A stretch of DNA of 64,000 nucleotides. Source: Fibrobacterota bacterium (GTDB lineage Bacteria > Fibrobacterota > Chitinivibrionia > Chitinivibrionales > Chitinispirillaceae). The DNA is taken from positions 9,932-73,931 of the forward strand of contig PLTF01000052.1 in NCBI GenBank assembly GCA_003164335.1, read 5' to 3'. Every line of letters begins with the position of its first letter. The first letter of the stretch is position 1. Made by a program: the position numbers and the translations under genes. Below, one piece after another: positions 58,091 through 64,000 of this stretch. The notes under the pieces are model-generated. The model had not been told where the DNA came from, made no database searches, and saw only the letters and a list, made by a program, of their open reading frames with translations.

Positions 58091-61000
58091 ATGCTCGAAA
58101 AAATCATAGAGTGGTCGATAAAAAATAAATTTCTCGTGATCATGCTCACGATTTTCGCAATCGGCGGGGGGATGTATTCTCTTTTTTCGACGCCGATCGA
58201 TGCGATCCCGGACCTGAGCGATGTGCAGGTGATTGTTTACACTGAAGATAAGGGGCAATCCCCCCGAATCGTCGAGGACCAGGTGACCTATCCTCTCACC
58301 ACTTCGCTTATTTCGGTGCCCGGAGCAAGCGTGGTGCGCGGTTACTCTTTCTTCGGCTATTCGCTTGTCTACGTTATTTTCAAGGATGGCACCGATATTT
58401 ATTGGGCACGCAGCCGGGTGCTTGAGTATCTCAATTACGCACAGAAGCGCCTGGCTGCCGGTATCGTGCCGACCCTTGGCCCCGATGCGACCGGCGTAGG
58501 CTGGGTTTACGAGTATGCCCTGACCTCGGACAAACGGTCGCTGCAGGAACTCCGGACGTACCAGGACTGGTATCTCAAATATGGACTGTCAACGGTTCCC
58601 GGCGTGGCCGAAGTTGCGAGCATCGGCGGCTACGTGAAGCAGTACCAGGTTACGGTCGATCCCGCGAAGCTGCGGGCGTATAACATTTCCGCCGGTGACG
58701 TGGAAATGGCGATCAGGAACGGCAATGCGGATGCAGGCGGCGAAGTCATTGAAATGGCCGAAATGGAATTCATGATCAGGGGCCTCGGCTATATAACATC
58801 CATTGACGATATCAACATGATTCCGGTCAAGACCGATATGCGGACCGGGACGGCGGTCCGCATCGGTGACGTCGCCGGCGTAGCACTCGGGCCCGAGATG
58901 CGGCGCGGAGTGGCGGAGCTTGATGGCCAGGGAGAAGTCGCCGGGGGCGTTATCGTCATGCGTTACGGTGAAAACGCCCGCGACGTTATTAAGAATGTGG
59001 AGAAAAAGCTTGAGGTGTTGAAAGCCGGGCTTCCGCCCGATGTAAAGATCGTGCCGGTGTACGACCGGTCGGCGCTTATCGACCGGGCCGTCGATAATCT
59101 TACGCATAAAGTGATCGAAGAAATTTTGATTGTTGCTCTTGTCTGCATGATCTTCCTTTTCCACCCCCTGAGTGCCCTGGTAGCCGTTTTTACGCTTCCG
59201 ACGGCAATATTGATGGCCTTTATCGTCATGCACCGGCAGGGACTCAATGCAAATATCATGTCGCTGGGCGGCATCGCCATCGCCATCGGTGCAATGGTGG
59301 ACGCGGCGATCATCATGATCGAAAATGCGCATAAACATATCGAGGCTGAGAATATCAAGCCCCCCGGCGAGCGGCTGCAGCACTGGCAGGTCATCCTGCA
59401 GGCGTCAAAGGAGGTCGGACCGCCGCTCTTCTGGTCGCTCCTGGTCATCACCGTATCGTTCATCCCGATTTTTACCCTTGGGGCACAGGAGGGCAGGCTT
59501 TTCAAGCCTCTTGCTTTTACAAAGACCTATTCTATGGCCGCCGCGGCGCTTCTTGCCATCACCATAGTGCCGGTGCTCATGGGATTTTTTGTGCGCGGCA
59601 AAATAAAACCTGAAGACGGCAATCCCATAAACCGCTTCCTCATTGCGATATATCACCCGGTTGTCCAATGGATTCTGCGGCATACGAAGCTGGTGCTAGC
59701 GATAGCGGTTGGAGTCGTGATCCTCACGATCCTGCCCTTCACCCGGCTGGGGTCCGAATTCATGCCTCCGCTTTATGAGGGCGATCTCCTCTATATGCCG
59801 ACCACAATGCCGGGCGTTTCGATCACCAAAGCGAAAGAACTGCTTCAACAGACCGATAAAATCATCCGTTCTTTCCCCGAGGTAAAGAGTGTTTTCGGGA
59901 AGGCGGGGCGAGCCGAGACTGCCACCGATCCGGCAGGGCTCGATATGTTTGAGACCGTCATCATGCTCAGGCCCGAGAAAGAGTGGCCGAAAGGTATGAC
60001 GCCGGAAAAGCTCATTGAGAAGCTCGATAATGCAATAAAGTTCCCCGGCCTCACCAATGCCTGGACCATGCCGATCAAGACCCGCGTCGATATGCTTTCG
60101 ACCGGTATCAAAACGCCGGTAGGAATAAAGATTTCCGGCCCGAATCTCGATACCCTGCAGATGCTCGGCAAAGAGGTTGAGGCCGTGGTCCGGGGAGTAC
60201 CGCATACTGCGTCGGCATTTGCCGAAAGAACGGTCGGGGGGAATTATCTTGACGTCAAGATCGATCGTGATGCGGCCGGTCGCTACGGCCTGAACATCAA
60301 CGACGTCCAGTCGGTGATCCAGTCGGCCATCGGCGGCATGGATATCACAACGACGGTCGAGGGACTGGAACGATATACTGTCAATCTGCGCTACAGCAGG
60401 GAGCTGCGTGACAACATCGACGCGCTCAAGCGTGTGCTGGTAGCATCTCCGGGCGGACAGCAGATTCCTCTCGGGCAGGTCGCATCGTTTGAAATCAACA
60501 AGGGACCGATGGTGATCCGCAGTGAAGACAGCAGGCCCAATGGCTGGGTGTTCGTCGATATCCGCGGGATCGATATCGGCACTTATGTGAAGAGTGCTCA
60601 AAAGGCCGTTTCGCAGCAGGTACGGCTTCCGACAGGCTATAGTATCATCTGGAGCGGCGAATTCGAGTATATGCAGCGCATGCAGAAAAAACTCATGGTG
60701 GTCATTCCCATGACGCTCATGATTATCCTTCTCATCATTTTCCTGAATACGAAGTCGATGACGAAAACGGCCATTATCATGCTCGCGGTGCCTTTCTCGC
60801 TTGTCGGTGCGGTGTGGATACTGTTTATCCTCGGCTACAACATAAGTCTTGCAGTATGGGTCGGTATCATTGCGCTTGCGGGTCTCGACGCCGAGACCGG
60901 GGTAGTGATGCTGCTCTACCTCGACCAGGCGTTCGAAGCGGCAAAGAAACAGGGTACCTTGACTATTGCCGGTCTCAAGGAGGCAATCGACCACGGCGCG

Positions 61001-61216
61001 GTCAGGCGCGTGCGACCGAAAATAATGACCGCCTCGGTGATCGTCGCCGGGCTTCTTCCCATCATGTGGAGTCACGGCACCGGGTCGGATGTCATGAAGC
61101 GTATCGCAGCACCCATGGTCGGCGGGGTAATCACGTCGGTCGTCATGGAACTCCTCGTCTATCCGGCGATCTATTACCTGTGGAAAAAGCGAGGAATATT
61201 AAAGAGTACTACTTAG
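58091..61216 (+). CDS. cusA: Heavy-metal efflux RND pump, HME family (CusA/CzcA-like)
   Basis: 1041 aa. An N-terminal 120 aa stretch is near-collinear with E. coli CusA (PIDAIPDLSDVQVIVYTE...QVTYPLTTSL.SVPGA..VRG.S.FG.S.VYVIF.DGTD.YWARSRVLEYLN). 12 TM segments and two large periplasmic loops. Confidence 0.9.
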   Translation: MLEKIIEWSIKNKFLVIMLTIFAIGGGMYSLFSTPIDAIPDLSDVQVIVYTEDKGQSPRIVEDQVTYPLTTSLISVPGASVVRGYSFFGYSLVYVIFKDGTDIYWARSRVLEYLNYAQKRLAAGIVPTLGPDATGVGWVYEYALTSDKRSLQELRTYQDWYLKYGLSTVPGVAEVASIGGYVKQYQVTVDPAKLRAYNISAGDVEMAIRNGNADAGGEVIEMAEMEFMIRGLGYITSIDDINMIPVKTDMRTGTAVRIGDVAGVALGPEMRRGVAELDGQGEVAGGVIVMRYGENARDVIKNVEKKLEVLKAGLPPDVKIVPVYDRSALIDRAVDNLTHKVIEEILIVALVCMIFLFHPLSALVAVFTLPTAILMAFIVMHRQGLNANIMSLGGIAIAIGAMVDAAIIMIENAHKHIEAENIKPPGERLQHWQVILQASKEVGPPLFWSLLVITVSFIPIFTLGAQEGRLFKPLAFTKTYSMAAAALLAITIVPVLMGFFVRGKIKPEDGNPINRFLIAIYHPVVQWILRHTKLVLAIAVGVVILTILPFTRLGSEFMPPLYEGDLLYMPTTMPGVSITKAKELLQQTDKIIRSFPEVKSVFGKAGRAETATDPAGLDMFETVIMLRPEKEWPKGMTPEKLIEKLDNAIKFPGLTNAWTMPIKTRVDMLSTGIKTPVGIKISGPNLDTLQMLGKEVEAVVRGVPHTASAFAERTVGGNYLDVKIDRDAAGRYGLNINDVQSVIQSAIGGMDITTTVEGLERYTVNLRYSRELRDNIDALKRVLVASPGGQQIPLGQVASFEINKGPMVIRSEDSRPNGWVFVDIRGIDIGTYVKSAQKAVSQQVRLPTGYSIIWSGEFEYMQRMQKKLMVVIPMTLMIILLIIFLNTKSMTKTAIIMLAVPFSLVGAVWILFILGYNISLAVWVGIIALAGLDAETGVVMLLYLDQAFEAAKKQGTLTIAGLKEAIDHGAVRRVRPKIMTASVIVAGLLPIMWSHGTGSDVMKRIAAPMVGGVITSVVMELLVYPAIYYLWKKRGILKSTT

Positions 61217-61303
61217 ATTAATTAGAATGCCGCTCTCCTGCCGAGCATGTTTTAGTTTTGAGAGTCCATCCGCAAACATATTTCCCGAAATCGGAGCAGG
61301 TCG

Positions 61304-61909
61304 ATGAATATCGCCACGGCGATAACGGCACTTCGCCTCATTTTTGCCCCCATATTTGCCTGTGTCTTCATAAACGGGTATACACACGGCCGCTCTCCTG
61401 CCTGGATAGTGATCTGCGCCTGCCTGGCGATGCTGGTTGAAGCGAGCGATATGATCGATGGCCGTGTTGCCCGGTCCCGCAACGAGGTCACGGATTTCGG
61501 CAAGGTGTTCGACCCGGTAGCCGACAGCCTCTCGCGGCAGACCATTTTCATCTCGTTCATGGTAGCCGGCATAATTCCCTGGTGGCTCTATCTGGTGTTT
61601 TTCTATCGCGATGCGCTTATTCAGCTGCTGCGCATTATCTGCGCATCGAGCGGGCTGGTCCTTGCGGCGCGGGCGTCCGGCAAGACCAAGGCGGTGCTCC
61701 AGGGAGTTGGAACCTTCGGCGTGCTGACCGTCGTTGCACTCCAGCGCTACCATGCCGCCTGGATGCCCGGAAAGATCTGGGGGTTCCATCCGGCCTTCTG
61801 GGTGATGCTTATCCCGGCAATCTTTACGCTGATTTCCATTGCCGATTATGTGGCTCCGAATGTCGGCCTTATCCGGCAGATGATGGTTAAGCGAACCGGC
61901 GAAAATTGA
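61304..61909 (+). CDS. CDP-alcohol phosphatidyltransferase family protein (PgsA-like)
   Basis: DGRVARSRNEVTDFGKVFDPVADSLSR matches D-G-x2-A-R-x7-8-G-x3-D-x3-D. 5-6 TM segments. Confidence 0.7.
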   Translation: MNIATAITALRLIFAPIFACVFINGYTHGRSPAWIVICACLAMLVEASDMIDGRVARSRNEVTDFGKVFDPVADSLSRQTIFISFMVAGIIPWWLYLVFFYRDALIQLLRIICASSGLVLAARASGKTKAVLQGVGTFGVLTVVALQRYHAAWMPGKIWGFHPAFWVMLIPAIFTLISIADYVAPNVGLIRQMMVKRTGEN

Positions 61910-62052
61910 AAGAAGCCGCAATTCCGCCGGACCGGCAGGTACTATGGCTTCGCATGATGACCATGCTCTTCCTGAAACATTGCCCGAAGCCCCACTTTTC
62001 TATTATTTTAAGGTGCCTTTTTGCGGTGTTGGCAGCCGCGCGGGCAAATGGC

Positions 62053-62127
62053 GGGCCAGTAACTCAGCGGTAGAGTATCGCTCTTTTAAGGCGAGAGTCC
62101 TGGGTCCAAATCCCAGCTGGCTCACCA
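62053..62127 (+). tRNA. tRNA-Lys (anticodon UUU), CCA encoded
   Basis: Cloverleaf read by hand: acceptor GGGCCAG/CTGGCTC (one G-U pair), D-arm ACTC/GAGT, anticodon stem TCGCT/GGCGA with loop CTTTTAA, T-arm CTGGG-TCCAAAT-CCCAG, discriminator A plus CCA. 75 nt. Confidence 0.85.
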
Positions 62128-62879
62128 CTTAAAAAGCCTCGAACTCCTTGAAATTTAAAGAGAACGGGGCTTTTTTATTTAAGTTGTTCTTTCCATGAAT
62201 CCCCGCTAAATTACCCTGAAATACCCCTGAAAACCGGACGCGTCCGGTCAAAACCGGACACTCGACCGGACACTTTAACCCTTGAGCGTGGTACATTTTT
62301 TTTGATGAAGGATGTCGGAAAGGTTCGAAGCTGAAAACAGCCGGGAGCTTTGAAAGGACCGTATCGGGTTCCTCTGACGCTCAACGCGGCGCGTAGGAAG
62401 CCGGACACGGCAGAGGACCGACCCGGAGGACCGGGTCGGAATCCGGGCTTTAGGGCGCTCGTTTAGCGGGGAAGGAAGCAACAGGGCCGGGGAGAGCGAT
62501 CTTTCCGGCCTTTTTTATCGGCGGCACCGTGAACGGACAACCAGGCCGGGCGGCTTCGGGCGTGAATAATCTTCAGACTGAAGAAAAACCTTTACGATAA
62601 GCCCTGAACGGAACTATTTTGCATGGCTGAAGAGGCTATTTAAAGAACGAAAGGAATTTATTAAGAAGCAGAAAATATTTAAGGGAAAATTGCGTTAACG
62701 CACAGTATCGTTTCGGACGAAATCACTACACTTTTAAAAGAAACGAGCATGCTGGCGGGAACGCGCTCTAAGGGGCGCGGCTTCTCGTTCCATGTTCGTT
62801 TCAGGGTGTAGTGACCCTCGTCCGATGCATGAACTTGGAGTTCGCGCCTTTTTTAATTGCTGGAAGCGAGACAATAGCT

Positions 62880-63359
62880 ATGAAACTTCTTTTCGGCAGT
62901 ATTCTATTCATCGCAATATTCGCAACCCTTTTATACGGGCAGCAAAAAAAAGATTATCAAGCCTTTCTCCCGGATTCTATATTAACTCCCGGCGCAATAC
63001 TGACTACCTCTGATTCTCGCATCTGCCGTAAAGGCTACGCTGCTTCTGTTCGGAATGTTTCCAACGAAATAAAGCGAAAAGTTTTTAAAGAGTACCACAT
63101 CATTAGCCATGCGCCGCGAGAATATGAAATAGATCATCTTATTCCTTTGGAGCTTGGAGGATCGAATGATATTAAAAACCTTTGGGCGGAAAGCTACATC
63201 ACGAAGCCTTGGAACGCACACGTAAAGGATTATCTCGAAAACCGGCTGCATAGGCTTGTTTGTACTGGAAAAATCAGCCAGAGGGAAGCGCAGGAGAAAA
63301 TAAGAATCGACTGGATTGCCGCGTATAAAGAGTTTTGCGTGCAAATGCCTTTGCCTTAA
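62880..63359 (+). CDS. Secreted HNH-endonuclease-motif protein on a low-GC islet
   Basis: Signal peptide MKLLFGSILFIAIFATLLYGQQ. HNH signature EYEIDHLIPLELGGSNDIKNLW. Local GC is about 40% versus about 58% in the rest of the window. The ORF track begins at 62811. Confidence 0.55.
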   Translation: MKLLFGSILFIAIFATLLYGQQKKDYQAFLPDSILTPGAILTTSDSRICRKGYAASVRNVSNEIKRKVFKEYHIISHAPREYEIDHLIPLELGGSNDIKNLWAESYITKPWNAHVKDYLENRLHRLVCTGKISQREAQEKIRIDWIAAYKEFCVQMPLP

Positions 63360-63385
63360 CCTTAAAGCTACAAAAGGAGGCTGTT

Positions 63386-63739
63386 ATGGAATTTTTCTTC
63401 ATTATAGCGTGGCTTGTATTAGCCATTTTTTGCGGGGTTTATGCCTCTAACAAAGGGCGTTCGGGCGTAGGCTTCTTTTTCTTGGCGCTGCTACTGAGTC
63501 CCCTCGTGGGGTTTTTGGTCGCATTGGCTGTATCACCCAATACGAATGAAATTGAACAGAAGAGTATTGAAACGGGAGATAATAAGAAATGCCCTTTCTG
63601 CGCTGAAATAATAAAAACAGAAGCAAAGGTATGTCGATATTGCGGGAAAGATTTGCCAGAATCAATAAAAGGAGCGGAGAATCAAAACACACAGGAAGAA
63701 GTGAAGTGGCTAGGGAAGATCTTAACAAACAAGTTTTGA
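63386..63739 (+). CDS. Small membrane protein with a C-terminal zinc-ribbon (CPFC...CRYCG)
   Basis: Two TM helices (FFFIIAWLVLAIFCGVYA; VGFFFLALLLSPLVGFLVALAV), then CPFCAEIIKTEAKVCRYCGKDLPE. SD AAAGGAGG. The ORF track begins at 63335. Confidence 0.45.
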   Translation: MEFFFIIAWLVLAIFCGVYASNKGRSGVGFFFLALLLSPLVGFLVALAVSPNTNEIEQKSIETGDNKKCPFCAEIIKTEAKVCRYCGKDLPESIKGAENQNTQEEVKWLGKILTNKF

Positions 63740-64000
63740 TCAGGCAATAGGCAAGAGTATAATTTTAATTGACAAATTTCTTACTTCTTACGACGAATCT
63801 CCTACTGTAAAATAATTCGTTTTTGGTTATATTTTAAGGGGCCTTGGCGCATCGAAGCATAAGGTCCCTTTTTTTATTCCACCACAATGCTTATTGTGTA
63901 CCCTCATGGGATAGGAAAAGAAGGAAATTTACGAGAAAATTAGTTATTCTTCCCACTTGGCCACAGGCAACCCTGATATGTATTTTATTACCCTATGGCC

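Noticed and set aside
58589-59505. 264-aa and 180-aa minus-strand ORFs
   Set aside because: Both are antisense to cusA. Neither has SD or start-context support.
59696-61075. 459-aa minus-strand ORF
   Set aside because: It is antisense to cusA, which has strong homology support. It has Arg/His/Asp-rich low-complexity composition and is a shadow ORF.
61944-62132. 62-aa plus-strand ORF
   Set aside because: It overlaps the tRNA-Lys gene, which has a clean cloverleaf and anticodon UUU. It is spurious.
1-64000. CRISPR arrays, rRNA, integrases/transposases, known defence systems
   Set aside because: A scan by eye found no regularly spaced direct repeats, no rRNA-like conserved stretches and no recombinase, RT or ATPase-nuclease pairs. 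Only the two dispersed repeat families and the tRNA-Lys islet suggest mobility.

Overview
This is a high-GC (~58-60%) bacterial contig, probably from a member of the Fibrobacteres-Chlorobi-Bacteroidetes (FCB) superphylum outside the Bacteroidetes (judged only from protein features; no search was run). Coding is dense and mostly on the plus strand. No rRNA genes or CRISPR arrays were seen.

Contents in order:
- 1-2.2 kb: the 3' end of an aldo/keto reductase, then fucP and fucU (L-fucose uptake and mutarotation).
- 3-43.7 kb: a very large hemicellulose/arabinoxylan-type glycoside hydrolase locus. It carries GH51, GH54, GH127, four GH30 (two with an N-terminal CBM6-like module), GH2, four GH31 paralogs, GH39, a CE1-like esterase and an orphan araA. 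Nearly every enzyme ends in a ~70-80 aa T9SS type-A (Por) C-terminal sorting domain. No SusC/SusD pair is present.
- 43.9-49.4 kb: a minus-strand operon encoding a 23-aa lysine-rich micro-ORF, a flotillin, a large polytopic membrane protein and a lipoprotein beta-propeller that has a CxxCH motif.
- 50.1-52.0 kb: a DUF362-like protein that also carries the T9SS tail.
- 52.8-53.6 kb: a GyrI-like protein and an orphan HPr.
- 53.9-61.2 kb: a copper/silver-type efflux cluster (Cys-run secreted mini-protein, YHS-domain protein, CusC-like, CusB-like with N-terminal CPMHP metal-binding motif, CusA-like RND pump).
- 61.3-64.0 kb: a CDP-alcohol phosphatidyltransferase, then tRNA-Lys(UUU) followed by a low-GC islet encoding a secreted HNH nuclease and a zinc-ribbon membrane protein.

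Two dispersed non-coding repeat families stand out:
- A ~170-bp element in 2 copies. It produces the recurrent LSLSKGE/SLSNHER pseudo-peptides in the ORF track.
- A ~100-130-bp leader-associated element in 5 copies. Its hairpin shows compensatory base changes between copies.
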